From NCBI GenBank assembly GCA_017460845.1, contig JAFUAE010000108.1, forward strand, positions 15,567 to 79,566: a DNA stretch of 64,000 nucleotides, written 5' to 3'. Below are positions 27,457-37,027 of the stretch, piece after piece. The position numbers were made by a program, and so were the translations under genes. Source of the stretch: Lachnospiraceae bacterium. Its GTDB lineage: Bacteria > Bacillota > Clostridia > Lachnospirales > Lachnospiraceae. The notes below the pieces were generated by a model that ran no database searches, was not told the origin of the DNA, and saw only the letters and a list, made by a program, of their open reading frames with translations. The number at the start of each line of letters is the position of its first letter. The first letter of the stretch is position 1.

Positions 27457-29055
27457 TCAGCATTCCTGTGCGTCCTGCAGGATCGTCCGGATAATGCCTT
27501 CCGCCGAGATTTCCCCGGATACCAGGTAATTTCCGCATCCGCGCTCCTTCAGTATTTCCGCAGTTTTTTCCCCGATACAGATGCAGCGGATCCTTTCCGG
27601 AATGGAGCCATAAAGGTCATAAAAATACTCTGCACCGCTCCCGCTCGAAAATACCAGATAATCCGTATTCTCCAGCTGTCTCCGGATGTAGTTTTCCCTG
27701 TCCGCTTCCGGACGCAGCCGGTAGACCGGCACATCTTTTACGCTGAATTTTTCTGAAAGGAGACTTGCGGTTTCCGGATTGCCGATTGCCGACCGGAACA
27801 GCCAGACGTCCTGTATGCCGTTCTGATCCGCAAGCAGCGCTTCCGCCAGCTTTTCCCCGGTATAATGCTCCGGGCACAGATCTGCATGAAAGCCCGCTTC
27901 CATAAGCGCCCGGCCGGTGGCTTTTCCGATGACGGCAAAGCGGCAGGCCGCCAGGCTCCTTAAGTCTCTCGAGACTCTCCGGTTTTCCCGGTCTTCCGGT
28001 ATTTTCCTGCTTTGACAGGCTTCCAGATATTGGCGGAAGAAGCATTTTACGCCATTCTCACTGGTAAAAACGATCCAGTGCGGCTGCCCGTCACATATTT
28101 CATCAAACCCGCTTTCCGGCACCGCGACCGGCTCAATAACGGAGCGTTCTGCGGAATATACCTGTGCTCCAAGGCTTTTCAGCATGGCCTTCAGCTTTTT
28201 TTGAATGCTGTCTGTCCCGGTAAGGGCAATTTTCATGCTTCGGAGAGGAGCTTCGCCGTTTTTCAGAGCTCCGGGATCACTATGGCTGATTTTTCCGGCT
28301 TCCGGGCCTGCCCCCTGATACAGATCCATTGCGGCCGTCTCTCCGATCACGATGACCGCAGGGGCCTGAACGCCTGCGGCTTTCGTCCTCTCCGCAATTT
28401 CTCCGAGCGGTGCCCGGACATCTGCAAAATGACCTGTCATTTTTCCCGAAATCACTGCTGCCGGCGTGCCCGGGTCCATACCTGCCGCTATCAGGCGGGC
28501 CGCGATTTCATTGATCTGCCGGAGTCCCATCAGGATCACTATGGTGCCGTTAACCGCCGCAAGCTTCTCTAGATCCTCCGGTATACCTCCATCCGGACCG
28601 CCTGTGTGTGCGGTAACCACATGGAAGCTCCTGCTGACGCCGCGATGGGTGACCGGAATGCCGGCCTCCGCCGGAACTGCGATGCAGGAGGATATGCCGG
28701 GCACGATTTCAGCTTCAATACCGGCTTTCAAAAGTGCAAGCATTTCTTCCCCGCCGCGTCCGAAGACAAGCGGATCACCGCCCTTGAGACGCACAACGCA
28801 AAGACCGCGGGATGCAAGTTCGATCAGCGTACTGCAGATTTCCTCCTGCGGCGCACTGTGACTGCCGCGCCGTTTGCCCATATAGATTTTTATCGCTTCC
28901 GGCGAAACCAGATCCATCAGGCTGTTATCGATCAGATCGTCATATACGACTGCATCGCAGGCCTTAAGCAGCTCTGCACCCCTGACCGTGATCAGACCGG
29001 CCTCTCCGCATCCGGCGCCGACCAGATATACTTTTCCTTCCCTATGCTTTGTCAT
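27457..29055 (-). CDS. Bifunctional uroporphyrinogen-III C-methyltransferase / uroporphyrinogen-III synthase (CobA-HemD fusion)
   Basis: 532 aa. The N-terminal half has VYLVGAGCGEAGLITVRGAELLKACDAVVYDDL and VVRLKGGDPLVFGRGGEE (SUMT signatures). The C-terminal ~260 aa is a HemD-like fold. Confidence 0.88.
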   Translation of the reverse strand: MTKHREGKVYLVGAGCGEAGLITVRGAELLKACDAVVYDDLIDNSLMDLVSPEAIKIYMGKRRGSHSAPQEEICSTLIELASRGLCVVRLKGGDPLVFGRGGEEMLALLKAGIEAEIVPGISSCIAVPAEAGIPVTHRGVSRSFHVVTAHTGGPDGGIPEDLEKLAAVNGTIVILMGLRQINEIAARLIAAGMDPGTPAAVISGKMTGHFADVRAPLGEIAERTKAAGVQAPAVIVIGETAAMDLYQGAGPEAGKISHSDPGALKNGEAPLRSMKIALTGTDSIQKKLKAMLKSLGAQVYSAERSVIEPVAVPESGFDEICDGQPHWIVFTSENGVKCFFRQYLEACQSRKIPEDRENRRVSRDLRSLAACRFAVIGKATGRALMEAGFHADLCPEHYTGEKLAEALLADQNGIQDVWLFRSAIGNPETASLLSEKFSVKDVPVYRLRPEADRENYIRRQLENTDYLVFSSGSGAEYFYDLYGSIPERIRCICIGEKTAEILKERGCGNYLVSGEISAEGIIRTILQDAQEC

Positions 29056-29254
29056 CGTAGGTTCCCTAATTTATTTATACTGTTCAGGATTGTTTTGTTA
29101 CGTTTTACTTTATCACATTTTAATATATTTTATTTTTATTTTATTGTTAGGACACATTGAAGTCACAAATTCCCGATATGATATAGGCGTAAACGAGAGA
29201 GAGAAAAGATATTAGATGATTCCCTTAAAAAACAAACCTTTCTAAAACACCCTT

Positions 29255-29286
29255 CGAAGAAAGCACCCCGTCGGGGTGCTTTTTTC
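29255..29286 (-). terminator. Rho-independent terminator after the VanX-like gene
   Basis: 8-bp GC-rich stem AGCACCCC (29262-29269) with GGGGTGCT (29273-29280), with T-rich flanks on both strands. Confidence 0.65.
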
Positions 29287-29331
29287 GTTTCCATTTTTCT
29301 TCTATCAATACAGCGGCCCTGTCGCAGGTCA

Positions 29332-30306
29332 TCAGGCAGCATTTGAAAGCTCGCCGCCGGAATCGGCCTCTATCGAATTACTGTTTACGGGGAATGTAAA
29401 GTAGGTATCCGGATAGGGTTCATTTTCAAGGGTAAAATGCCACCATTCTTCAACCAGCGGCCGGAAGCCGTGTGCTGTCATGGCTTCCCGCAGGATCATG
29501 CGGTTGTCATACTGTTCCTTCGTAATGTCCATATAATCCGGATGGCTGAGCTCTCCGAAATAATCGAAGGTTCCGCCCATGTCCACTTCTTTTTCCTTTT
29601 TCATATCAAACAGGGTCAGATCCACGGTACTGCCGCGGCTGTGGCCGGAGTGCTCCGCGATATATCCCTGCGGAAAGAGGACATCCTTCTCCAGTTCCGG
29701 ATAGAAATATTCCTTCATGCGGGTGTCATCCGGATCCAGCGCCCAGTTCATGAAATGCGTGACTGCCTTCTGCGGACGGTACGCATCAAAGATCTTCAGG
29801 CGGTATCCTTTTTCCATCAGGTCATCGCTGACTTCCTTCAGTGCGGCTGCTGCTTCCTTTGTCAAAAAGGCCAGCGGCTCCTCATAGCCGTCGATCCGCT
29901 CCCCGACAAAATTATAGGTGGAATAATAGCGGATCTCCAGGATCACATCCGGAACCGCCTCGCTGAGCAGTACAAACCCGGAGGAATCGTCAGACAGCTT
30001 TACGCCGTCAGGTCCGATCGTTACACCTGTCTGTGTTTCCTGCCCGGCCTCAGATCCCTCTGCCGCTGCATCCGTTTCAGCCGCCAGTGAAGCTGCAGCT
30101 GTCTCTGTCTGCGCTTCCGCTTCTGTCTGCGCCGCTGTTGTCTGGGCCGCTGTCGTCTGCACCGGCGTCGTCTGTGCTGCTGTTGTCTGTGCTGCTGTTG
30201 TCTGCGCTGCTGTCGTCTGTGCTGCCGCTCCGGAGGCGCCGCATGCAGCAAGCGTCATCATCAGTAATGCAGCCGCGATAATAAAGTATTTATGATGTCT
30301 TTTCAT
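29332..30306 (-). CDS. D-alanyl-D-alanine dipeptidase (VanX-type, peptidase M15D) lipoprotein
   Basis: Trimmed to the ATG at 30306 (MKRHHKYFIIAALLMMTLAACGASG, which contains a lipobox). Contains IFDAYRPQKAV, HSGHSRGSTVDLTL and EEWWHF, which match VanX/DdpX metal and catalytic motifs. The linker is (AAQTT)n. Confidence 0.85.
   Translation of the reverse strand: MKRHHKYFIIAAALLMMTLAACGASGAAAQTTAAQTTAAQTTAAQTTPVQTTAAQTTAAQTEAEAQTETAAASLAAETDAAAEGSEAGQETQTGVTIGPDGVKLSDDSSGFVLLSEAVPDVILEIRYYSTYNFVGERIDGYEEPLAFLTKEAAAALKEVSDDLMEKGYRLKIFDAYRPQKAVTHFMNWALDPDDTRMKEYFYPELEKDVLFPQGYIAEHSGHSRGSTVDLTLFDMKKEKEVDMGGTFDYFGELSHPDYMDITKEQYDNRMILREAMTAHGFRPLVEEWWHFTLENEPYPDTYFTFPVNSNSIEADSGGELSNAA
30131..30220 (-). 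repeat. Six tandem 15-bp coding repeats (AAQTT linker)
   Basis: Units GC(C/T)GCTGT(T/C)GTCTG(G/C/T) start at 30131, 30146, 30161, 30176, 30191 and 30206. They encode the AAQTT-repeat lipoprotein linker. Confidence 0.9.
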
Positions 30307-30394
30307 TTTATGGCTTCCATCGTAAAGAGGGCCGCCGCACCTGCGGCAGCCCTCCATGTTTTTAATCGTATATTGTGGTGTTCCTTCTTCAGGA

Positions 30395-31438
30395 TCAGCC
30401 GTTCTTTCTCATATCTGCGATCAGCTTAAGAGCATTGCCCCATGCATCCTCGAAGCTTGTTCTGAACAGAACGACCGGACCATACTCCTCATACTCTGAC
30501 GGATCGATTGCATTGATATAGTATGCTTTTCTGTAGACATCGATCTTCTCGGTAAGCTCGTCAATTACGGAAAGCGGAGTCGGTGCGCAGAATCTGTCAA
30601 CTACGACTGCATTCTGCTCAAGCAGCTTGTCAGCGGTTCCCTTCCAGTTGATGGTGATGCTTGCATTAGCGCCAACCATCTCGGTGAAGTGGTGAAGACC
30701 TCTTGCGCCGCCGCCGATGAAGCCGACATTGTACTTTCTCTCTGCAACGATCTGATGAACCTTCTTTGCTACGGAGAATCCTGCCTGCCAGAGAACGTCC
30801 GGGCTGATCTCGATGCCCTTCTCCTTGACATACTTAGCAAGATACTCATCAAAGATACCTGTGATCAGGCTGAAGTAGCAGATCGGCGGGTTCTCCATGT
30901 TCTTTGCTACACGCTCATAAACCTCGCAGAGGTCCAGAACCTGGCGTACTGCCATACACTCTGTAGCATTGATCGGGGTTCCCTCAGCAAGAAGGATCTC
31001 AATAGCCTTAAGGCCTTCCGGAGTAACCGGAACCTTAGCCATGATGTTAGGAGATACTTCTCTGTTGTAACGTGCACACTTAACGATCGTCTCGCAATCC
31101 TCATGGAAAGGATCGCCCTGAATACTTACGTAGCCCTGTGTATGATGAGAGCTCTCATAGAGAGGCATGTAAACTTCCGCAACCTTAGCAACCAGCTCAC
31201 GCTGAAGCTTAACTTCTGCCATCGTATCATCCGGCTCGTCCGCAAGAATCTTTCTGAGAAGATCCTTAGCATAATCGCCATCGGACTCGCTGATCAGCAT
31301 CTTCCATGTATAACTCGGGTTCTGGGTGCAGCCTACAGCGCCCATATCAAGAGCCTTCTGAGCTTCTTCGCGGGTGACATTGTTGATCCAGAAGTTGGTG
31401 GGAGTCTGAGCCATGACTCTCTCGAAATAATTTCCCAT
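30395..31438 (-). CDS. Transaldolase-family protein
   Basis: 347 aa. The N-terminus PTNFWINNVTREEAQKALDMGAVGCTQNPSY and overall TIM-barrel length fit the transaldolase family found in Firmicutes. Exact specificity is unknown. Confidence 0.7.
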   Translation of the reverse strand: MGNYFERVMAQTPTNFWINNVTREEAQKALDMGAVGCTQNPSYTWKMLISESDGDYAKDLLRKILADEPDDTMAEVKLQRELVAKVAEVYMPLYESSHHTQGYVSIQGDPFHEDCETIVKCARYNREVSPNIMAKVPVTPEGLKAIEILLAEGTPINATECMAVRQVLDLCEVYERVAKNMENPPICYFSLITGIFDEYLAKYVKEKGIEISPDVLWQAGFSVAKKVHQIVAERKYNVGFIGGGARGLHHFTEMVGANASITINWKGTADKLLEQNAVVVDRFCAPTPLSVIDELTEKIDVYRKAYYINAIDPSEYEEYGPVVLFRTSFEDAWGNALKLIADMRKNG

Positions 31439-31555
31439 TGGTGCAATTCCTCCTCAAAAACAAAAATATTCATGCAAGCTGCATTTGTAAGGATATTCTA
31501 CTATATTTCCAAATCAATATCAAATAGGAAACGAAGATTTATAACATTTTAACAA

Positions 31556-31702
31556 TTATTCCGCCAGAAAAACGACAACATAGAAAGCGCAGAGCACTCC
31601 CAGCGCGACCAGCGCGGCTATTTTCTTTTTTCCGGGAAAATATCCGGTAGACAGACTCAACAGAATGATCCCCGTGATCATCAGCATTTTAGGAAAGGTC
31701 AT
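31556..31702 (-). CDS. Candidate 48-aa two-TM small membrane protein
   Basis: An internal ATG at 31702 is preceded by GAGGTG. The sequence is MTFPKMLMITGIILLSLSTGYFPGKKKIAALVALGVLCAFYVVVFLAE. No family assignment. Confidence 0.35.
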   Translation of the reverse strand: MTFPKMLMITGIILLSLSTGYFPGKKKIAALVALGVLCAFYVVVFLAE

Positions 31703-31805
31703 ACATTTCACCTCATTTGATCGTATTCCGACATTATCAGGCAGTGGCACCCGGCCTGACAGTAACTTTCCGCCTGCTGTAATTCAGCCGGCAGCACGGT
31801 TGCAA

Positions 31806-31834
31806 TTGAAATTCAATCGCGAGTTTAGTATATT
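31806..31834 (+). promoter_or_regulatory. SigA-type promoter candidate for pgi
   Basis: TTGAAA (31806-31811), then a 17-nt spacer, then TATATT (31829-31834). It lies about 40 nt upstream of the pgi ATG. Confidence 0.45.
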
Positions 31835-31872
31835 CTAAATGATTCCGTATATAAAAGAAAGGGGATAAAAGA

Positions 31873-33456
31873 ATGGTTTCCTGGAAGAATTTTGATGAAT
31901 TGAAAACATATTCAAAACTGATGGAACTGGGTGACAAAGTGGACCTCGCTTCCGCTATGGCCGGAGAAAACGGTGCAAAGCGTGTTGCGGAATACTGCGT
32001 ATCCATGTCCGGAGGACTTGTGTATAACTACGCATCCAAAAAGGTGGATGATAAGGTGCTCTCCGTCCTGCAGGAGCTTGCTGACGAGGCCCAGCTGACG
32101 GAAAAATATGCCGAGCTCTTCAATGGCGCAATGATCAACACCGGCGAGAAAAGACTGGTCCTTCACCAGCTCTGCCGCGGACAGCTTGGAAACGCAGTCG
32201 TGGCAGACGGCGTGGATAAGCGTGCCTTTTATACGGAGCAGCAGGCAAAGATCGCGGAGTTTGCAGCCAGGGTGCACTCCGGTGAAATTGCAAATGCTGC
32301 CGGCGAAAAGTTCACGACCGTCGTCCAGATCGGTATCGGCGGAAGCGACCTCGGTCCCCGCGCCATGTACATTGCCCTTGAGAACTGGGCAAAGAAAAAT
32401 AACGCATTTAAGATGGAGGCAAAATTCATCAGCAACGTAGATCCTGACGATGCGGCTTCCGTACTTGCCTCGATCGATGTCGCGCATTCGCTTTTCATTC
32501 TGGTATCCAAATCCGGCACCACGCTGGAGACTCTGACCAACGAATCCTTTGTCAAGGATGCGCTGAAAAATGCAGGCCTCGATGCATCAAAGCACATGAT
32601 TGCCGTGACCAGCGAGACCTCCCCGCTTGCGAAGAGCAGCGACTATCTTGCAGCCTTCTTTATGGACGACTATATCGGCGGCCGTTATTCTTCCACCTCC
32701 GCCGTCGGCGGCGCAGTCCTTTCCCTGGCCTTCGGCCCCGAGATCTTTGCAAGATTCCTGGACGGCGCGGCTGCAGAAGACAAGCTGGATACAAATGCAG
32801 ACATCCGGAAGAATCCGGCGCTGCTCGACGCCCTGATCGGCGTATATGAGAGAAATGTCCTCGGCTATGAGGCGACCGCAGTCCTTCCGTACTCCCAGGC
32901 GCTGAGCCGTTTCCCGGCGCATCTGCAGCAGCTGGATATGGAGTCTAACGGCAAGAGCGTCAACCGTTTCAGCCAGCCTGTCAGCTACAAGACCGGGCCG
33001 GTAATCTTCGGCGAGCCGGGTACCAACGGCCAGCATTCCTTCTATCAGCTCCTGCATCAGGGTACGGACATCATCCCGCTGCAGTTTGTCGGTTTTAAAC
33101 AGAACCAGACGGAATGCGACGTCGTGATCCAGGGAAGCACCAGCCAGCAGAAGCTCTGCGCCAATGTTGCGGCCCAGATCATGGCCTTTGCCTGCGGCAA
33201 GGACGATGAAAACCCGAATAAGTTCTTCGCCGGCGGCAGGCCGTCCAGCATCATTGTCGGCGACCGCCTGACCCCGGAAGCGCTCGGCGCGATCCTGGCG
33301 CACTTTGAGAACAAGGTCATGTTCCAGGGCTTCGTATGGAACCTCAACAGCTTTGACCAGGAGGGCGTACAGCTCGGCAAGGTCCTTGCAAAGAAGGTAC
33401 TTGCCCACGAGACTGACGGTGCCCTGAAGGCTTACAGTGATCTGCTGGCCATCTGA
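31873..33456 (+). CDS. pgi: Glucose-6-phosphate isomerase
   Basis: 527 aa. Contains VQIGIGGSDLGPRAMY, ILVSKSGTTLET and GEPGTNGQHSFYQLLHQG, the classical PGI signatures. Confidence 0.93.
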   Translation: MVSWKNFDELKTYSKLMELGDKVDLASAMAGENGAKRVAEYCVSMSGGLVYNYASKKVDDKVLSVLQELADEAQLTEKYAELFNGAMINTGEKRLVLHQLCRGQLGNAVVADGVDKRAFYTEQQAKIAEFAARVHSGEIANAAGEKFTTVVQIGIGGSDLGPRAMYIALENWAKKNNAFKMEAKFISNVDPDDAASVLASIDVAHSLFILVSKSGTTLETLTNESFVKDALKNAGLDASKHMIAVTSETSPLAKSSDYLAAFFMDDYIGGRYSSTSAVGGAVLSLAFGPEIFARFLDGAAAEDKLDTNADIRKNPALLDALIGVYERNVLGYEATAVLPYSQALSRFPAHLQQLDMESNGKSVNRFSQPVSYKTGPVIFGEPGTNGQHSFYQLLHQGTDIIPLQFVGFKQNQTECDVVIQGSTSQQKLCANVAAQIMAFACGKDDENPNKFFAGGRPSSIIVGDRLTPEALGAILAHFENKVMFQGFVWNLNSFDQEGVQLGKVLAKKVLAHETDGALKAYSDLLAI

Positions 33457-33488
33457 ATCGGCTGATCACAAAAGATACTGTTAAAAAA

Positions 33489-33530
33489 GGACTCTTTGCT
33501 GGAATTCTGTTCAGTAAAGAGTCCTTTCAT
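33489..33530 (+). terminator. Rho-independent terminator of pgi
   Basis: 9-bp stem GGACTCTTT (33489-33497) with AAAGAGTCC (33516-33524), followed by TTTCAT. Confidence 0.6.
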
Positions 33531-33566
33531 CATCTAAACTTCATGCGATAAATCGCACAACCAGGC

Positions 33567-33678
33567 ATATGAGCTGCGCGCTGTTCCGCACTACGTGCTA
33601 CCACAGCGCTCACAAGTGTCCGATTTACCGTGCGTACTTCGTACGCCCGTAAATCTTCCACTTTCTGAGAGCTCATAT
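33567..33678 (-). repeat. Copy of the repeat family (E), reverse orientation, closed by 9-bp terminal inverted repeats
   Basis: It aligns to the reverse complement of A1 through GCTGCGCGCTGTTCCGCACTACGTGCTACCACAGCGCTCACAAGTGTCCG. Mini-hairpin is GCAC-TAC-GTGC (33588-33598). Inner hairpin is GATTTAC-CG-TGCGTAC-TTC-GTACGC-CC-GTAAATC. Ends are ATATGAGCT and AGCTCATAT. Confidence 0.8.
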
Positions 33679-33736
33679 AGTAAACTCTTTAAAAATTTTC
33701 CTTGCAATGCAGTCTGCCCGGTCATAAGATACTTCC

Positions 33737-34420
33737 ATGAATAGAAATACCCTTAAATTCGCTTTTTATACATCCCTTCCTGTAATGGCAGGCTATATCG
33801 TACTGGGCATCGGCTTCGGCATTCTGCTGCGCTCTGCAGGCTACGGCGTCCTGTGGGCTTTTGCAATGAGCGCCCTGATTTATGCGGGTTCCATGCAGTA
33901 TGTCGGCGTCGGCCTGATCTCCGGTGGCGCCTCTGTCCTGACAGTCATGCTGACGACACTCATGGTCAATGCAAGGCATCTGTTCTACAGCATTTCCATG
34001 ATCGGCAGATATCAGAATGCAGGAAAATACAAGCCTTACCTGATCTTCGGCCTGACAGACGAGACCTATTCGCTCCTCTGCAGCGGCGCGGCTCCCCCGG
34101 ATGGGGATGCGGATCTCTACCGTTTTCTTGTCACCCTCTTCAATCACAGCTACTGGGTGACGGGCAGCGTTCTGGGCAGTCTTCTCGGTGCAATTCTTCC
34201 CTTTTCCGCGGCGGGGATCGAATTTTCGATGACTGCACTCTTTATTGCCTCCTTCACGGAGCAGTGGATCACGCACAAAGACCACAGACCTGCGCTGACC
34301 GGCATTTGCAGCACAGCTTTATGCCGCTTTCTTTTCGGTCCTTCCAGCTTCCTGATCCCGTCTATGATCCTGATCACGCTGGTGCTGACGGTACTGCGCG
34401 GAAAGGAGGAGACGGTATGA
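33737..34420 (+). CDS. azlC: AzlC-family branched-chain amino acid exporter subunit
   Basis: 227 aa. Contains SLPVMAGYIVLGIGFGIL and YAGSMQYVGVGLI...NARHLFYS, typical AzlC motifs. It overlaps azlD by ATGA. Confidence 0.85.
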   Translation: MNRNTLKFAFYTSLPVMAGYIVLGIGFGILLRSAGYGVLWAFAMSALIYAGSMQYVGVGLISGGASVLTVMLTTLMVNARHLFYSISMIGRYQNAGKYKPYLIFGLTDETYSLLCSGAAPPDGDADLYRFLVTLFNHSYWVTGSVLGSLLGAILPFSAAGIEFSMTALFIASFTEQWITHKDHRPALTGICSTALCRFLFGPSSFLIPSMILITLVLTVLRGKEETV

Positions 34421-34752
34421 CCCCTGAACATGCACATACTGCTGTCCTGGTTGCTGTAATGGCTGCGATGACTGCCCTGACCAGATTTCTTCCCTTCCTT
34501 GTTTTCCGGAAACGCATCCCGCCTTACATCTCTTACCTCGGCCGGGTGCTGCCGCCCGCAATCATCGGAATGCTGGTCGTTTACTGCCTGAAGGATGTCC
34601 GGCTCACTGCAGCGCCGTTCGGGATCCCCGAGCTCGCCGCGGGCCTTGCAGTCGCAGCTCTGCAGGCCTGGAGGCGAAATGCTATTTTAAGTATTCTGGG
34701 CGGCACGATCATCTATATGCTGCTGACAAGAATGATCGGCGCCGGCATTTGA
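34417..34752 (+). CDS. azlD: AzlD-family small membrane subunit
   Basis: 111 aa starting at the ATG at 34417 (MTPEHAHTAVLVAVMAAMTALTRFLPFLVF...). The start overlaps the azlC stop by 4 nt. In the ORF track it is hidden inside the 33853-34752 ORF. Confidence 0.8.
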   Translation: MTPEHAHTAVLVAVMAAMTALTRFLPFLVFRKRIPPYISYLGRVLPPAIIGMLVVYCLKDVRLTAAPFGIPELAAGLAVAALQAWRRNAILSILGGTIIYMLLTRMIGAGI

Positions 34753-34804
34753 ATCGGTCAGGAACTTTTTTATAAACGCGCAAATGAATTAACGGAGGTT
34801 TTTT

Positions 34805-35593
34805 ATGAGGTTTGGGTTTACAACATCTTTTTCCTGTCCGAAAGACAGGATAGATCCGGATTTTTACAGGGCGGCAAAAGAAGCCGGATTTGATTTTCTG
34901 GAGCTGACAGCAGTCATGATCGACAGCATCAGTGAGGATGAGAGAAAAAGACTTGCCGAATGCCTGCAGAAGATCGGGATCGAATCCATGGGATTAAGCT
35001 CTTTATTCCCTGCCAGAATCAGATTTTTCGAGTCAAGCGGCGAGGAAATCGAAGAATATCTTGACAATATGTTCGCAAAGGTAAAAGATCTTGGCGTCAG
35101 GACGATTGGCTTTGGAAGCGGAAAAAGCCGCTGCCTGCCTGAGAATATGAGCCGTTCTGAAGGCATGGAGATTTTTGTGGAAAGAGTGCAAAAGCACATG
35201 CTCCCGTATCTTGAAAAGTATCATTATGACATGGTGATCGAACCCTTTAATCCCGCAGAATGCAACTTCATTCTCACGGTAGCCGAGGCTGCAGAAGCCA
35301 TCCGAAAGATCGGCAGCAGCCTGATCGGTATTCTTCCCGATACCCTGCATATGATCGGATCAAAGGATGATCCCGCTTTAATCGCAGATGAAATCGGCCT
35401 GATCCGGAATATTCATGTCAGCGAACGGGACCGCGTGATGCCGGTAAAAGCGTACAGTCCGGAATGCTTTGCCTATCTGCAGGCCTTTGCATCTGCCGGA
35501 TATGACCGGGATGTATGCTTTGAGACAAAGTGTGCTGATTTCAGGGATCTCAGACCGGCGCTCGAGCTTCTGCGGAAAACAATCGTAAAGTAA
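34805..35593 (+). CDS. Sugar phosphate isomerase/epimerase (xylose-isomerase-like TIM barrel) family protein
   Basis: 262 aa. The alternating beta/alpha pattern with FDFLEL, VIEPFNP and HVSERD is consistent with AP-endonuclease-2/xylose-isomerase-like barrels. The substrate is unknown. Confidence 0.65.
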   Translation: MRFGFTTSFSCPKDRIDPDFYRAAKEAGFDFLELTAVMIDSISEDERKRLAECLQKIGIESMGLSSLFPARIRFFESSGEEIEEYLDNMFAKVKDLGVRTIGFGSGKSRCLPENMSRSEGMEIFVERVQKHMLPYLEKYHYDMVIEPFNPAECNFILTVAEAAEAIRKIGSSLIGILPDTLHMIGSKDDPALIADEIGLIRNIHVSERDRVMPVKAYSPECFAYLQAFASAGYDRDVCFETKCADFRDLRPALELLRKTIVK

Positions 35594-35610
35594 CGGGAAG
35601 GAAGGAAATA

Positions 35611-36402
35611 ATGGCAAGCGGAAGAATGGAATTTCATGCAGACACGATTATGCAGCACGCAAATTTTACATTTGTACTGCCTAATGATGTAGAAATGGCT
35701 GAGGTAAGAGATCTCCGGCATTATCAGCGCCCGGCCGGATCGCTGATCCTCCTGCATGGACTGACGGGAACCGATACCGACTGGCTGTTCGGGGGCGTGG
35801 CACAGCAGATAGCGATTCAGTACAATCTGGCAGTTTTCATGCCGTCAGCGGCCAATTCTTTTTATCTGGACCGGGGATACCGGGGCGGGAATTTTGCATC
35901 CTTCGTCGGACAGGAACTTCCGGAATATATCAGAAAAGTTTTCGGTTACTGTGAGAGCAGGGAGACGACGATGATTGCCGGACTGTCCATGGGCGGGTTC
36001 GGCGCCCTTCATACGGCACTTGCCTTTCCGGAGCATTTCTCTTCCTGTATTGCCCTTTCCCCGGCACTGGCACTCTATGAGATCGCGGAAACCGGGAAGA
36101 GGAAGGACGGCGTGATGCCGGAAAAAATGATCAGAGACGTATTCGGAGATCCGGAAAAGCTTCTGGAATCAGAAAAGAATCCGGAGTATCTGTACCGGAG
36201 ATGTATTAAAGCAGGAAAACCTCTTCCCAGGATTTACATGGCGATTGGAACAGAAGACAGCCTCTATGACTGTAATCAGAGGTTCCGTGCTTTTCTGGAA
36301 AAAGAAAAGGCTGATTTTCGATATGAAGACGGGCCGGGAAGACATGACTGGTTTTTCTGGAACGAGTATATTGAGAAAGGATTATCCTGGATACTGGAAT
36401 GA
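35611..36402 (+). CDS. Esterase-D / tributyrin-esterase-like alpha/beta hydrolase (cytoplasmic)
   Basis: 263 aa. Contains LILLHGLTGTDTDW, the nucleophile elbow GLSMGGFGA and C-terminal GRHDWFFW. There is no signal peptide. Confidence 0.75.
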   Translation: MASGRMEFHADTIMQHANFTFVLPNDVEMAEVRDLRHYQRPAGSLILLHGLTGTDTDWLFGGVAQQIAIQYNLAVFMPSAANSFYLDRGYRGGNFASFVGQELPEYIRKVFGYCESRETTMIAGLSMGGFGALHTALAFPEHFSSCIALSPALALYEIAETGKRKDGVMPEKMIRDVFGDPEKLLESEKNPEYLYRRCIKAGKPLPRIYMAIGTEDSLYDCNQRFRAFLEKEKADFRYEDGPGRHDWFFWNEYIEKGLSWILE

Positions 36403-36433
36403 CAGGTGCTATTCGTTATCGGGAGGAAAAACC

Positions 36434-36919
36434 ATGTCTCTGGAAAGAGCACAGAAATATCTGGAAATGAAAGGCTTTGCAGACCGTATTATTATCCCGG
36501 AGCACAGCAGCGCCACTGTCGCCGAGGCGGCGGAGGCACTCGGCTGCAAGCCGGGTATGATTGCGAAAACACTGTCCTTTCTGCAGAATGACAGACCCGT
36601 ACTGATCCTGGCGGAAGGTACGGCAAGAATTGACAATAAGAAATATAAGGCGCGTTTCGGCTGCAAGGCCAGGATGATCCCCGGTGAAATGGTCGAAACT
36701 CTGATCGGACATGATATCGGAGGCGTTTGTCCCTTTGGGGTCAACGCAGGCGTCGAGGTCTATCTCGACGAAAGCCTGAAGCTCCACGAAACCGTCTATC
36801 CCGCTGCCGGAACCGATCACAGTGCGGTCAGACTTACGATTGCGGATCTCGAACAGTCCTGCGATCATCTCGGCTGGGTCGATGTCTGCAAACTGCCTGA
36901 AACGGAGCAGTCACTGTAA
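36434..36919 (+). CDS. YbaK/EbsC-family aminoacyl-tRNA deacylase domain protein
   Basis: 161 aa from the ATG at 36434, preceded by GGGAGGAAA. Contains IAKTLSFLQNDRPVLILAEGTARIDNKK and IGGVCPFG. In the ORF track it is hidden in the 36245-36919 ORF. Confidence 0.75.
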   Translation: MSLERAQKYLEMKGFADRIIIPEHSSATVAEAAEALGCKPGMIAKTLSFLQNDRPVLILAEGTARIDNKKYKARFGCKARMIPGEMVETLIGHDIGGVCPFGVNAGVEVYLDESLKLHETVYPAAGTDHSAVRLTIADLEQSCDHLGWVDVCKLPETEQSL

Positions 36920-37027
36920 AATCAGGACTGCCCAGACTGTCAGTCAGTTTTTTCTTATATTATCGTCTATGCTGTCGGTCATCACGGCCGTCAGCTCCGG
37001 AAAGCAGGGTCATGCAGGTATCACGGG

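Noticed and set aside
29056-29260. Cobalamin or other riboswitch in the A/T-rich leader of the cobA-hemD gene
   Set aside because: There is no B12-box-like GCCACTG motif and no conserved multi-stem structure. The region looks like a plain A/T-rich promoter region.
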